IMG/VR virus record: IMGVR_UViG_3300028361_000020
Coordinates: 1-64,000 of that record
Length of the DNA stretch: 64,000 nucleotides
Strand: one strand, 5' to 3'
Source: a virus
Taxonomy: Duplodnaviria; Heunggongvirae; Uroviricota; Caudoviricetes
This document shows positions 18,439 to 28,201 of the stretch, one piece after another; the stretch's first letter is position 1, and the number at the start of each line of letters is the position of its first letter. A program made the translations under genes and the position numbers. The notes under the pieces are model-generated. The model saw only the letters and a program-made list of their open reading frames with translations. It made no database searches and was not told the DNA's origin.

Positions 18439-19554
18439 TTATCCGATGTTAATGAAGTTGTCAACAATCGCAAAGTGATCCTCAAACATTTGTGTACGGT
18501 CTACTTCGTTAAACGGTACCCATCGTGCTAGTTCTGCATCGTCACTGCCTTTTACTTTTGGCAGAGTTTTATCAAACCCGAGGTCGATGAAAAACGCAGT
18601 TGTAATGGTGCGGCCGCGGGTTGATCGGAATGGATCATCAAAGGTCTTTGATGCCCGGATGCTGCCGCGCAGTACCGGAACTGGAACTTTGATTTTTGTT
18701 TCTTCTTTTAGCTCGCGCAGCGCACCGGCCTCGAGGCGTTCTCCTGGATTAAGGAATCCACCAGGCAGTGCCCAAAGTCCTATACCCGGTGCATGCTTGC
18801 GCTTGACCAATAAAATGTGTCCACTTTGCACTACAACTGCATCAGTTGTTACAAAGGTGGGTGCATATGGTGCGGATTTCCAGGATTCTTTGTATTGTTG
18901 AATCATACTGTATTCAACAAACAGTGTTGCAAATTCTTCGTGTGCCCATTCTCTAACAATGTCGTCCAGTATATCAGCAGATTCTGCTGGCATGGTATCA
19001 CACATAAATAATTCTACACCGCGGTAAGGACCGTGTTCAAAAATAGTTTCACGGATCGGTGTTGCATCAATTCCATCTACATTGGCAACACTTTCGCTGC
19101 CCCATGTAGGGAAGATTTTCAAGTAAAAGCTGGTTCCGTCTTTTTCGTGGCCAATGAGACCAATGCGCAGAGGATCGGGGGAGTATTTCATTGCGCTGAA
19201 CACCACAGATTGTACAGCAGCAACCCATTTGTTGTCGTCGTATGGATAATCACACACTGGCACAACTTTGACATTGTCCTGTGGATACACCGCCTTGATC
19301 ATCGACTTGCGTTCTTCAAACGTGAATGGGTTGCGAGTATTTCTTGCACTAAAGCTGGACCCAAGCACAAGGATCACTTCTTTTGCCAGTTTCAGTGCAG
19401 CGTCAACCACTGCTTTGTGCCCCAGGTGAAATGGCTGGAACCTGCCAATGAACACCAGTGCGTCGTAGCGGATTTCTGTTTTGGAATTTTCCGATAGTGC
19501 AGTAGTGGCTTTTAGTTTGCTATGTATAGTGTCGTTAATTAAGTCGTATTTCAT
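18439..19554 (-). CDS. natV: bifunctional NMN adenylyltransferase / Nudix hydrolase (NatV-type)
   Basis: (H/T)xGH motif FIGRFQPFHLGH plus Nudix box GGFLNPGERLEAGALRELKEETKI. Confidence 0.9.
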   Translation of the reverse strand: MKYDLINDTIHSKLKATTALSENSKTEIRYDALVFIGRFQPFHLGHKAVVDAALKLAKEVILVLGSSFSARNTRNPFTFEERKSMIKAVYPQDNVKVVPVCDYPYDDNKWVAAVQSVVFSAMKYSPDPLRIGLIGHEKDGTSFYLKIFPTWGSESVANVDGIDATPIRETIFEHGPYRGVELFMCDTMPAESADILDDIVREWAHEEFATLFVEYSMIQQYKESWKSAPYAPTFVTTDAVVVQSGHILLVKRKHAPGIGLWALPGGFLNPGERLEAGALRELKEETKIKVPVPVLRGSIRASKTFDDPFRSTRGRTITTAFFIDLGFDKTLPKVKGSDDAELARWVPFNEVDRTQMFEDHFAIVDNFINIG

Positions 19555-19604
19555 TTGCTAAAACTCCTTTAGCGTGTTTAGGCAAAACTCTATGTCTTGC
19601 TTTT

Positions 19605-19633
19605 AGTATACACTCGCAACAAGCGTGTGTCAA
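19605..19633 (-). promoter_or_regulatory. consensus sigma70-like early promoter TTGACA-17-TATACT for the NAD operon
   Basis: Minus strand reads TTGACAcacgcttgttgcgagtgTATACT. Confidence 0.6.
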
Positions 19634-19697
19634 GTATTAGGTGGCAAGATATGTTATTTTGCCCACATCCAACTTCCATTTTCTTTCTGTGTAAACA

Positions 19698-20705
19698 TCA
19701 TATACCCCTGTTAATTAGTTTGAGAACTGAGGCGTGCGCCTGTTCGGTGCGTGTGACAAAGTCGGTGTCACTGATTACAATATAGTTGCGGTTGTTGTCA
19801 ACTAAAAATTTCAACATCTCTTCAAAGAACCATTCACGTTGTTTTTGTTTTTCGACAATTCTGGTTCCGTCCTGTACCCACTTAACAGTAGGCGCCAGAA
19901 CAATATACAAATCAAAGTGTTGCTTCTTTGCGTACTCCAGTGCCATTTCCAACGGCTTGTCCAGGTACAAGTGCGAAAACAAGTAAGTAGTGAACGCTTC
20001 TGTGTCAGTTACTGTAACTGGCATTTCTGCCTTGTACGCATATTCATTAACCCAGTTGTCTTGGATTTTGACAATAGCTTCGAAGTCTTTTTCGTTAACT
20101 TCTTCTTTTACTTCAGTTATCATGCGGCCGTATTCTTGAATAGGAGTTCCGATGTTGCGCAAGCGAAAACTTTCAACTAATATAGACTTGCCTGTTGATT
20201 CCGGTCCAACTACTGCTACTCTCTTGTGAAAACTACGCTTTGCAGGTGCTGACATAAAACTCCAATTTTCTAACAGCGCCTCTCTAATTGCTGTGCTGCT
20301 AATAGGGTGCATTTCACGATGCGGGTCAATTGGTAACCATCGGCAACCGAGCACCTCTGCAGCTTTCTTGCCATACATATCCGAACTTACAAAGTAATCA
20401 AGCTTGGGGAGGTGCAGTTCAAACTCCGCCTTCCATTTGTCCCAAACTGTTGGGTCTATGATTGTGCCATTTTCGTCTACTTCGCTCGACGGGATGTTGT
20501 CTATGTGTTTGATAATGTGTACATTTTGGTTATCAGCAAATAGTTCGCATAACCACTTGTAACGTGTGGACAGCGGAACAACATCAGTTTCATTTCCAGA
20601 GACCATAATATATAGTTGATCTACTACAGATAATGCAGTGATAAACATGTTCAAATGACCCAGGTGTAAGTTTGTAAACTTGCCTATTGTACCGCCGATT
20701 GTCAT
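19698..20705 (-). CDS. NadR-like bifunctional NMN adenylyltransferase / ribosylnicotinamide kinase (no HTH domain)
   Basis: N-terminal GKFTNLHLGH nucleotidyltransferase motif; C-terminal Walker A VVGPESTGKS kinase domain. Confidence 0.75.
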   Translation of the reverse strand: MTIGGTIGKFTNLHLGHLNMFITALSVVDQLYIMVSGNETDVVPLSTRYKWLCELFADNQNVHIIKHIDNIPSSEVDENGTIIDPTVWDKWKAEFELHLPKLDYFVSSDMYGKKAAEVLGCRWLPIDPHREMHPISSTAIREALLENWSFMSAPAKRSFHKRVAVVGPESTGKSILVESFRLRNIGTPIQEYGRMITEVKEEVNEKDFEAIVKIQDNWVNEYAYKAEMPVTVTDTEAFTTYLFSHLYLDKPLEMALEYAKKQHFDLYIVLAPTVKWVQDGTRIVEKQKQREWFFEEMLKFLVDNNRNYIVISDTDFVTRTEQAHASVLKLINRGI

Positions 20706-20706
20706 A

Positions 20707-21330
20707 TCAGGCTTCCTGTGTCTTCATTGCGTTGTACCAAGTAACTGCGCCGTATGTGGCCAGTCCAAGGAACACAACGTACAGTCCAGATATTACATAC
20801 AGCTCTCTGCTATAGTAAAGCGGAATAGCAATCAAGTCCATTGCAATCCAGATGATCCAGTTTTCCCAAACCTTTTTCAACAGCAAGATCGATGCAGCAA
20901 TTGACATGGTTGTGGTTAATGCATCAACATACGGAACGGCTGCATCTGTAAAGGTGGACATTATAAAGCCTACCAGCACCGCTCCAAATAAGATGCCAAT
21001 GGCAATTAAAATTCTTGTAGTATTTGCAATTGTCACAATCTTCATACTGTCAAGAGTGTCACTGGCAACTTCGCCTAGTGTTTTGCCATATTTCCACATC
21101 ACAAAGCCAACAATTTGCAGCGGCGCATAAAACGCCCATTGCAACAGCATGTCGGAGTACAGTTGGACTTCCATAAACACGTATCCCATAACAAGGACAC
21201 CTGCCAATCCAAACCAATAATTGATGAGTTTTTGTTTTGCTAACAAGTATACGTTAGCGATTAATAGCACCGTGGCTAGTAATTCAATCTGACCTAGTGG
21301 GCCAGAGAAGTAGTTAATAATCGTATCCAT
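20707..21330 (-). CDS. pnuC: PnuC nicotinamide riboside transporter
   Basis: 207 aa, about 7 TM helices, Trp-rich PnuC-like pattern; genomic context with a NadR-like gene. Confidence 0.7.
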   Translation of the reverse strand: MDTIINYFSGPLGQIELLATVLLIANVYLLAKQKLINYWFGLAGVLVMGYVFMEVQLYSDMLLQWAFYAPLQIVGFVMWKYGKTLGEVASDTLDSMKIVTIANTTRILIAIGILFGAVLVGFIMSTFTDAAVPYVDALTTTMSIAASILLLKKVWENWIIWIAMDLIAIPLYYSRELYVISGLYVVFLGLATYGAVTWYNAMKTQEA

Positions 21331-21382
21331 TTGCTAAAACTCCTTTAGCAGTTAACGTAGCACTCTTTGTGTCTACATGTTA

Positions 21383-21411
21383 TTTATACTACATGTTGCA
21401 ATACTTGTCAA
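21383..21411 (-). promoter_or_regulatory. promoter TTGACA-17-TATAAA overlapping a T4-late-like TATAAATA box
   Basis: Minus strand reads TTGACAagtattgcaacatgtagTATAAATA. Confidence 0.55.
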
Positions 21412-21454
21412 GTGCTGATTACACGATGTACTCTGATTCAGTAACAGACTTTGC

Positions 21455-22054
21455 TTAGTAATGCAAAGCCTTTTTAAAACCCTCAGAGATATGTATTGTA
21501 AAATCAATGCCGTCTAAAACGTTATTCCAAAACGGATCAAGATCTTTAATTTTAACATTGTTATAAATGGTATCTCGCAGCTTTAACATATAATCTAGAT
21601 TGGCTGCTGCAAACACCTTATCGGGTATTTTGTACAACTTTGTGCTCTCATCTAGCATCTTAACATAGTTTGCAAGTACAAGTGCAGGTGTTGCGAGTTG
21701 ATGCAAGTCGGCTTTGATCATTTCTACACATTGCCAACTTCGGCCTGTGATATTGTGATCTGCTGTTGCTATTATAATATCAAACACACCTGTGCGTTTT
21801 GGGTACATTTTTTCAACCCATTGTGCGCTGCGCAGTTCTTTGCAATCTAGTTCGTCGTATACAATGTCATGGTGCATCACTGCCCAGTCGAGATCCTCAT
21901 CGTAGGGAACGTTGTTGATCTCTAAATAATCATAACAACTTAAAATATGGCGCCAATTATGATAGGCAAGGTTATTACCGTCATACCGATCTTTGGCTAT
22001 AACTTCTATACTTGTGAGGCTGTATAAGGTATCGCCAATTAATTTACTCCACAT
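21455..22054 (-). CDS. putative HD-domain phosphohydrolase, 199 aa
   Basis: H(N)WRH ... MHHD ... D spacing. Confidence 0.4.
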   Translation of the reverse strand: MWSKLIGDTLYSLTSIEVIAKDRYDGNNLAYHNWRHILSCYDYLEINNVPYDEDLDWAVMHHDIVYDELDCKELRSAQWVEKMYPKRTGVFDIIIATADHNITGRSWQCVEMIKADLHQLATPALVLANYVKMLDESTKLYKIPDKVFAAANLDYMLKLRDTIYNNVKIKDLDPFWNNVLDGIDFTIHISEGFKKALHY

Positions 22055-22058
22055 TTTT

Positions 22059-22574
22059 TCATCCTATTTTATATTTTACAATACGATAGCATTTGCCATC
22101 CATAAAGTCTTCCAGCATTTGATTTGCATCTTCTATATATCCTGGGATAAGATATTTCCCAGAAATACACGATACTGAAACATTAGGATCACCATTACTG
22201 TATTCCCCTCTTCCTGCCACGTTGCCACTACAACGGTTTAAAATAACGCTAGTTGGTGTTACTAACTCGTGTCCATTAAAGATTGTTTGTGCTAGAACTA
22301 TAGAATTATCTTGCACTCTTACATGCCCGGGCAAAAAGCTGCCATCGCCTATAATTACATTGTCGCCTAAATGTACCCAATTTCCAAGATGCACATTGTT
22401 ACCAACAACAGTGTTTCTTCCAATTTTAGTCCACAAGCCTATGTCTACATTGTTGCCAATTTTTGACCAACTGCTGATTCTAGTCCATGGACCAAGTGTG
22501 AAGTTTTTGCCAATTGTGACACTCGGTGACAATGATGGGGTATTTTTCCAGAATTTAAGAAATTCAAAGTTCAT
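22059..22574 (-). CDS. left-handed beta-helix (hexapeptide-repeat) acyltransferase-like protein
   Basis: Repeated [LIV]G-x-x-x-x hexads (IGNNVDIGLWTKIGRNTVVGNNVHLGNWVHLGDNVIIGDGS). Confidence 0.6.
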   Translation of the reverse strand: MNFEFLKFWKNTPSLSPSVTIGKNFTLGPWTRISSWSKIGNNVDIGLWTKIGRNTVVGNNVHLGNWVHLGDNVIIGDGSFLPGHVRVQDNSIVLAQTIFNGHELVTPTSVILNRCSGNVAGRGEYSNGDPNVSVSCISGKYLIPGYIEDANQMLEDFMDGKCYRIVKYKIG

Positions 22575-22644
22575 TGTATCGGACTTTCTTTCTGGGAAGG
22601 TAATCCATTGTTAGATTTCTTACCTTCCCAAAAAATAGGATCTG

Positions 22645-23217
22645 TTATTTCTTTTGCTTTTTCAGTTCCGTGTCAATGATGCTGTCTGACACCCTTGCAC
22701 CAACTGCATCGAGCATGCGTCCAGCTAGTGAATACATTGTATTGTAGAACCAACGCGCAGGCTTGTGACACAGGTCCCAAAATACTGCCCAAGGCCATAA
22801 CAACGCCCATGTGCTGATCCGGTCAACATTGTATAGCGGCGTGTAGGGACGGTAATGCTCACTTTGACGAAAATCTGCTCGAGTGCCTGTTACATCCTTT
22901 TTTTGAAATTTTGACCATTCATCTGCAATTTCATAATAGTTACTGCGAAGAAACGCAGCGTATCTATAAAATACTGCATACAGTAGAGCAACCACGGTGT
23001 ATGCTGCAAGTCCAACTACGACCAACAGAGGATTTGCTGCAATCGAAGCTAATATTGGAATATTAAACAACAGCTCGCTGGTTCCTGCTAACAAGGCCAG
23101 TGTTAGTCCTGCGCCCCACAAGTTGTCACATTCGGCTGAGATTATTCCGCCTGCAAGTACTGCAATTGCAATTAAGAAGAACCAAAATCCTCCTATTAGT
23201 GCTACTAATTCAAACAT
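22645..23217 (-). CDS. integral membrane protein, 190 aa
   Basis: 3-4 predicted TM helices. Confidence 0.4.
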   Translation of the reverse strand: MFELVALIGGFWFFLIAIAVLAGGIISAECDNLWGAGLTLALLAGTSELLFNIPILASIAANPLLVVVGLAAYTVVALLYAVFYRYAAFLRSNYYEIADEWSKFQKKDVTGTRADFRQSEHYRPYTPLYNVDRISTWALLWPWAVFWDLCHKPARWFYNTMYSLAGRMLDAVGARVSDSIIDTELKKQKK

Positions 23218-23218
23218 A

Positions 23219-23785
23219 TTACTTTCTTTCCTTTGCTAATGTTGCCAGTTCATCTATATGAACCGGAGTGTAATTAATAGCCTCAACACTTACGTTCTTG
23301 TAAGGGCCTTCTGGGCTGGCGTTTTGGTGAATATGGCCGTGTACATTGAGAAGTAAATCACAATCATCCGGCCATACTCCGTTTCTTTCTTTTAATCTCA
23401 ATAGTCCACTATCATGAATAGGAACATGAGTAAACATCAATCCATGTTCTGGAAACATTCTCCACATGCTGACTTTTTGAAAAAAGCCTCCGCTTGAAAG
23501 AAAAGGAATGTCGTCATGGTTGCCAACAATAAGACGCTTGCTGCCATTTAGTCGAGGCCAGTTCTTTTTAAACCATTCTTTGTCACCCATAACAACGTCG
23601 CCAAGGTGATAAACAATATCGCCGGCTTTCACAACACTGTTCCATTGGGTTATCATGTGCTCGTCCATCTCGTCAACAGATGCAAAGCGATCGCCACGGA
23701 CTAAACCGCCCGTGACTCTATCGCCAAACTTTAAGATGTTTGCGTGTCGAAAATGGGTGTCACTTATGACCCAAATGTCTCTCAT
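23219..23785 (-). CDS. calcineurin-like metallophosphoesterase
   Basis: SDTHF ... GDxxxxG ... GNHD ... HGHIH motifs. Confidence 0.7.
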   Translation of the reverse strand: MRDIWVISDTHFRHANILKFGDRVTGGLVRGDRFASVDEMDEHMITQWNSVVKAGDIVYHLGDVVMGDKEWFKKNWPRLNGSKRLIVGNHDDIPFLSSGGFFQKVSMWRMFPEHGLMFTHVPIHDSGLLRLKERNGVWPDDCDLLLNVHGHIHQNASPEGPYKNVSVEAINYTPVHIDELATLAKERK

Positions 23786-24450
23786 TATTGGTCCAGTGCA
23801 ACTGTTGAGATCTTAACACCCTTGAAGTGCGCTTTGGCACGATCGCTTTTGGTGTCAATCTTTACAACTTGTGCAATGCTGATACCACCCTTGGCATGCT
23901 GACTGTCCATTGCAAGCAATAAATCGCCTACTTCGACCAGTCCGGCTTTTCCACGATACTGATATTCTTGTGGACCAGTGCTGAACTTAACAGAATATGT
24001 GTACGGCATGACAATTTCAATGTCTTTCTTGTCAAAGATAAGGACTCCGCTGCCATCCTTCATCTCTAGAACGTATTTGCCGTTGCTGTCTACTGCAAGA
24101 CCCACACCGAATCGCGCTTCGTTGTCTCCAGTTACTTTAGTTTGAAATAGTTTGTCTTTCATAATATCTTTTCCTTTGCTTTCGATTGCGTGTTCATCGT
24201 CGAGCCTTACAAACTCGTGGTGTCGGCGGGTAATCGATCCGCCGCTTGTCTCGTAACGAGCAGTTACGTGGTACTGATCGGAAAAAGTAACACGCAGAGC
24301 GTTTGATCCGTTAAGAAGGCGTACTCGGTCGTTTTTTTGTAAATATTGTTTGTTCACGTTATCTCCTTTTTTATTTCTTCTCTTGATCGATTCATCACGA
24401 CAACCTCTTTCCCACAGGTTGTCTATATAGTTTTCTGTCCATCCATTCAT
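23785..24450 (-). CDS. hypothetical protein, 221 aa
   Basis: ORF. Confidence 0.4.
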   Translation of the reverse strand: MNGWTENYIDNLWERGCRDESIKRRNKKGDNVNKQYLQKNDRVRLLNGSNALRVTFSDQYHVTARYETSGGSITRRHHEFVRLDDEHAIESKGKDIMKDKLFQTKVTGDNEARFGVGLAVDSNGKYVLEMKDGSGVLIFDKKDIEIVMPYTYSVKFSTGPQEYQYRGKAGLVEVGDLLLAMDSQHAKGGISIAQVVKIDTKSDRAKAHFKGVKISTVALDQ

Positions 24451-24452
24451 TT

Positions 24453-25274
24453 TTAGGATACCTTATTATTGTATTGATATTTTTTTGAAAAGCTTGGCAC
24501 GCTCTGATTTTTAATCACTGTCAACAAGTGTCCTTTGTTGTACTGTATTTCTTCTTCTTCGAATGCTGCTTTGATTACCGGAAAGTCATCAAGGAACAAA
24601 TTAAATTCATAATGGTACATTAAATTACCGCTGCCACCTCCTGAACCAATATGCAATCCAGTATTCTTCATGACGTCACTTGCCCATCCAAGGTTATGAC
24701 TTAGTTGGAATATAATTTTTCCTCGAAATCCGGGATAGCCTCTTGGACGAGGTTTACCGTCAGGAAAGCATTCTCGACCGCCGAAATTGCTTACACCATT
24801 CTTTGGGCAACTATGACTGTTGCTAACTGATTCAGAATAATTAACGTCAAGATTAAATATCTTAATCCAGTAGTCTGCACGCATTTTGTTTACTCGGTCC
24901 TGCTGCCTGTCTTGTTGCCAAGCAGAACTAAGCGCGTTGTCAAAGAAAAACTCTGGATTAATGTGAATCCAATTGATCAGTTTGTCCATAGTAGGTTGGT
25001 TGGCTAAATCGTCAAATCTTTTTTGTTTGATGATTCTGCGTGACCGAGCGTGCATACGAGTTTTGCGCAACTTGCCGAGATGATTAACATATCCGCGCTT
25101 GGTTGAAAACAGATCACTTGTCCAAGGACATACGTATGCTTTGGCAATTTTTGCAGAGTCAACTGGTATCATAGTTGGTCCATCTTTGTAAACTTTAAGG
25201 CTTGGCATTGTTTTATCCGTGATTATGTTTGATCTATTACGTATTATAGCACGGACCTCATAGGGTGTCAACAT
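24453..25274 (-). CDS. hypothetical protein, 273 aa
   Basis: ORF. Confidence 0.4.
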   Translation of the reverse strand: MLTPYEVRAIIRNRSNIITDKTMPSLKVYKDGPTMIPVDSAKIAKAYVCPWTSDLFSTKRGYVNHLGKLRKTRMHARSRRIIKQKRFDDLANQPTMDKLINWIHINPEFFFDNALSSAWQQDRQQDRVNKMRADYWIKIFNLDVNYSESVSNSHSCPKNGVSNFGGRECFPDGKPRPRGYPGFRGKIIFQLSHNLGWASDVMKNTGLHIGSGGGSGNLMYHYEFNLFLDDFPVIKAAFEEEEIQYNKGHLLTVIKNQSVPSFSKKYQYNNKVS

Positions 25275-25276
25275 TT

Positions 25277-25549
25277 TTAATCTACGTGCTTTAGTAGAAA
25301 TAGTGTAAGGCTGCGTTGATCGCCAGAGAATCGCAAGTATCGTTGTTTGTTTTCTTGAATAACATCAAATCCGTTTAAAAATAGCCAATTTTCAAATAGT
25401 TGCTCATTAAACCCGTAACGGTACGAATTGTAACTTCGGCGTGATGCAAATTTACTTGTAGAAAGTGAGCTACCGCTGTCAACTAACCACTTTCTATACA
25501 CCTTGTTTAGCATTTCAGTAGGGAATATAGTTTCAGTTTTAATAGACAT
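25277..25549 (-). CDS. small protein, member of the Y-x-L-F-[VL]-L-K family (ends LTLFLLKHVD)
   Basis: C-terminal motif shared with five other ORFs. Confidence 0.45.
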   Translation of the reverse strand: MSIKTETIFPTEMLNKVYRKWLVDSGSSLSTSKFASRRSYNSYRYGFNEQLFENWLFLNGFDVIQENKQRYLRFSGDQRSLTLFLLKHVD

Positions 25550-25789
25550 TTAACTGTACTTCAACAAAAACCATGTATATGATTTTTGCGTGTTAAATGT
25601 AAGTTCAAACCCATCTTTTTTAGTGCCAGTAACGTCTGCGCCGGACATATCTGCAATGTACGTTTTATATCCTTTATACAGTTTGCTTGGCATTAATTTA
25701 CCGTAGTCAATATCCACATACATCTGCCAGAGTTTTTTATCAATTTTACTGCCGCGATCTAATGTTATAGTTTTTGTGGTCACATCCAT
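25550..25789 (-). CDS. small protein, Y-x-L-F-L-L-K family (ends YTWFLLKYS)
   Basis: C-terminal motif. Confidence 0.45.
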   Translation of the reverse strand: MDVTTKTITLDRGSKIDKKLWQMYVDIDYGKLMPSKLYKGYKTYIADMSGADVTGTKKDGFELTFNTQKSYTWFLLKYS

Positions 25790-26121
25790 GCGTTTAGTCC
25801 ATGCATAAATTCAAACCATTTCAGCGAACCAACAGTACTGAAATAAACAATACAGCCTTGCCCGCGGCGAACTATATAAATCTCGCGATGTTTATCACAC
25901 GTTTCGTATACTTTTTTAATAAGATTTACATCACTTGCATCCTCGTAAAAAATATGCACATAATGTTGTTCAGGTTCGGTAACCATTACCCATACGTCTT
26001 CTTCTTGTTCCTGTGGTTGCTCGCTTTCGGGCCAATATCCGTATTTTACTATCATTAGTTCAACCACTTCAACAAGAAGAGCGTATAATCTTTTTCTTGC
26101 ATGAACCACAAATGAGTCCAT
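25780..26121 (-). CDS. hypothetical protein, 113 aa
   Basis: ORF. Confidence 0.4.
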   Translation of the reverse strand: MDSFVVHARKRLYALLVEVVELMIVKYGYWPESEQPQEQEEDVWVMVTEPEQHYVHIFYEDASDVNLIKKVYETCDKHREIYIVRRGQGCIVYFSTVGSLKWFEFMHGLNAWM

Positions 26122-26375
26122 TGCTCTGACTTGAGGACGCTCGCACCTCGTCGCTTCAGCGGTCGGTTTGCTATAAGTGGATTAATTTTGCCTGCTGGTA
26201 CAGCATGGATATATGTACTCCACCCAGTTGCTAGTGCTCCCCAGTGATTTCTTCGTTGTATAACAGCATCTTTGCCTCCTAGTTTATCGAGCACATGATT
26301 GTGGGCACGGTGAAACTCAAGGACTAAATTATTTATTTCAACACTGAACATTATATTGCCGCCATTGCAAACCAT
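26055..26375 (-). CDS. small protein, Y-x-L-F-L-L-K family (ends YTLFLLKWLN)
   Basis: C-terminal motif. Confidence 0.45.
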   Translation of the reverse strand: MVCNGGNIMFSVEINNLVLEFHRAHNHVLDKLGGKDAVIQRRNHWGALATGWSTYIHAVPAGKINPLIANRPLKRRGASVLKSEQWTHLWFMQEKDYTLFLLKWLN

Positions 26376-26743
26376 GTTGCATCTTTGTCATATGCAAATA
26401 CAAACCTACTATGAAGGTTAACCCACGAACCTTCTTTAAGGTTTTTCTTACACCACGCCTTGGCCTCTCGTACTTTTGTTGGATCAGATTGAATACAGGT
26501 ATAATCGTATACTTTAGAAATTTCAGCAATTTTCTGCTGTTTGCGTCTGTTGGGCAAACGTAAAAAGTGCTGATAGTGTTTCTTTTCCATTATTAAATCC
26601 TTATACGTGTGTTTCATATTAAAAATTTGACCTATAGGGCCAGTCATTGGCTGAACACCAACTATATTATGTGCAATAACACTATGCATAACACGTCTGA
26701 TCACTGGAAGGAGTACTCTGTAATATTCTTTGATATCTGTCAT
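26351..26743 (-). CDS. hypothetical protein, 130 aa
   Basis: ORF. Confidence 0.4.
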   Translation of the reverse strand: MTDIKEYYRVLLPVIRRVMHSVIAHNIVGVQPMTGPIGQIFNMKHTYKDLIMEKKHYQHFLRLPNRRKQQKIAEISKVYDYTCIQSDPTKVREAKAWCKKNLKEGSWVNLHSRFVFAYDKDATWFAMAAI

Positions 26744-27154
26744 TTACACACAACTCAAACTAAACATAATAAAGTCTCTTTCATTTTTAAACCCCATTAT
26801 CAAATCCATGTTGTCTACATATTGTGATTGGTGATCAACTGTGTGATGCAGCCAGCGTTCCTGGAACTGTCCTTTGCAATTTCTACTACACCAATTTGTA
26901 TACTTAGCAGAACTTCGTCCAACTCCCCACATTCCTTGACATTCCATTGGAACATCCTTGGCAAGTATCTGTACTCTATATGGATAGCCGGGCATGGCTT
27001 GAGCGGGCGTTAACATGTCATCACGTGTACTAAAATGTAAACCAGGATCATTGATACACAAGTAGTACTCCCAAGAAGGGTGCCCGCTCTTGGAAAGTAT
27101 GTTTTCCCACTTCCACTCAAGTAATTTATATTTGATGTATTTTACCGGGTTCAT
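26744..27154 (-). CDS. hypothetical protein, 136 aa
   Basis: ORF. Confidence 0.4.
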   Translation of the reverse strand: MNPVKYIKYKLLEWKWENILSKSGHPSWEYYLCINDPGLHFSTRDDMLTPAQAMPGYPYRVQILAKDVPMECQGMWGVGRSSAKYTNWCSRNCKGQFQERWLHHTVDHQSQYVDNMDLIMGFKNERDFIMFSLSCV

Positions 27155-27182
27155 ATTTGTGATCCTTGTGCGCGGCCGTTAT

Positions 27183-27479
27183 TTATTCGTCGTCCCATTG
27201 GTCAATGCTATTCCTGTCAATTCCAGCTTGCAAGTTATCAATAAATTCCTGGACAAATTCGCTGTTATGCTTGATCAACTCAATGTTTGCACAATGTGGC
27301 GATCCGTCGTTCATTACAATTGCGTCGTGGCCGTAAGCATCGCACATGAATCCAATAAGGTGTTGCCTTGCAAGTGGACCATCATAGTACACTGCTAGCA
27401 TATAGCCGGTGATCAAGCACACAATACCAAATGGCACAAAAAGAAATTTCATTAAAACTTTCCTAACTATAGTGAACAA
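27183..27479 (-). CDS. hypothetical membrane protein, 98 aa
   Basis: ORF with an N-terminal TM segment. Confidence 0.4.
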   Translation of the reverse strand: MFTIVRKVLMKFLFVPFGIVCLITGYMLAVYYDGPLARQHLIGFMCDAYGHDAIVMNDGSPHCANIELIKHNSEFVQEFIDNLQAGIDRNSIDQWDDE

Positions 27480-27840
27480 GGTTCACTAGTTTCCAGGGTT
27501 TCTCAGCAAGCCATAAGAATCGATTTGGGTATATCAATTTGAACCGTTGCATATATTCTGCTTCCATTCCGTCAAGTATCTCTTGTGTAAGTTCAACTTC
27601 GTTTGAATGACACATCTCTCCCCAGCGACTATCGCCACTGTCGTAAAGCTGTTGTCCGAACACCATGTAGTTGCAACTCATACCATCTGACAGGTAATCG
27701 CAATCAGAGTCTGCTGGACGGTTTTTATAGCCATATTTTTTGACGTTGTATTCATAAACGTCTTCGGCTGCATCACTGAATTCTTTATTCCACTTGGTGC
27801 GCACTCCCCAATACGAATATACGTTTATATTAATTCCCAT
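27463..27840 (-). CDS. hypothetical protein, 125 aa
   Basis: ORF. Confidence 0.4.
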   Translation of the reverse strand: MGININVYSYWGVRTKWNKEFSDAAEDVYEYNVKKYGYKNRPADSDCDYLSDGMSCNYMVFGQQLYDSGDSRWGEMCHSNEVELTQEILDGMEAEYMQRFKLIYPNRFLWLAEKPWKLVNLVHYS

Positions 27841-28201
27841 TTGTTACAGTCCTTGTGTAGTAGTGTTTCATTTTCTTCCAGGTACGATACTGTCTTTCTG
27901 GCATACTATCGATGTCGTCGGCTGCTAATGTGTCAAGCTTATCAAACAGTTTTTGTTGTTTTTGATGTTTAATGAAATAATCACTGTCATTAACTAAGTG
28001 GTGCAACACCTTAACGTCGACTATCTTAAGTGTTCTTTTGCTCCAATGAGCAACATAATCAAACGAGTGTACCAGCTCTGTCCGAGGCATGTAAAGTTTT
28101 GCTTTTGCAATGTCGGCATCGAATACTTGTTTGAACACGTCTTTTTCAGCAACATAGTATTCGTTGGAATTAACGTCTACAAATGCAATTTTAGTAGTCA
28201 T
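27830..28201 (-). CDS. hypothetical protein, 123 aa
   Basis: ORF with SD AGGAGA upstream. Confidence 0.4.
   Translation of the reverse strand: MTTKIAFVDVNSNEYYVAEKDVFKQVFDADIAKAKLYMPRTELVHSFDYVAHWSKRTLKIVDVKVLHHLVNDSDYFIKHQKQQKLFDKLDTLAADDIDSMPERQYRTWKKMKHYYTRTVTNGN

Noticed and set aside
18587-19497. Several plus-strand ORFs (104, 64, 154 aa)
   Set aside because: Antisense to natV, whose protein-level motifs are unambiguous.
22590-22635. Inverted repeat GGGAAGGTAA ... TTACCTTCCC before the LbH gene
   Set aside because: The T-run precedes rather than follows the hairpin on the transcribed strand, so it is not an intrinsic terminator. Possibly regulatory, but unsupported.
24519-24524. TGTCAAC (TTGACA on minus) box
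   Set aside because: Lies inside the 273-aa gene and has no acceptable -10 hexamer 16-18 bp downstream.
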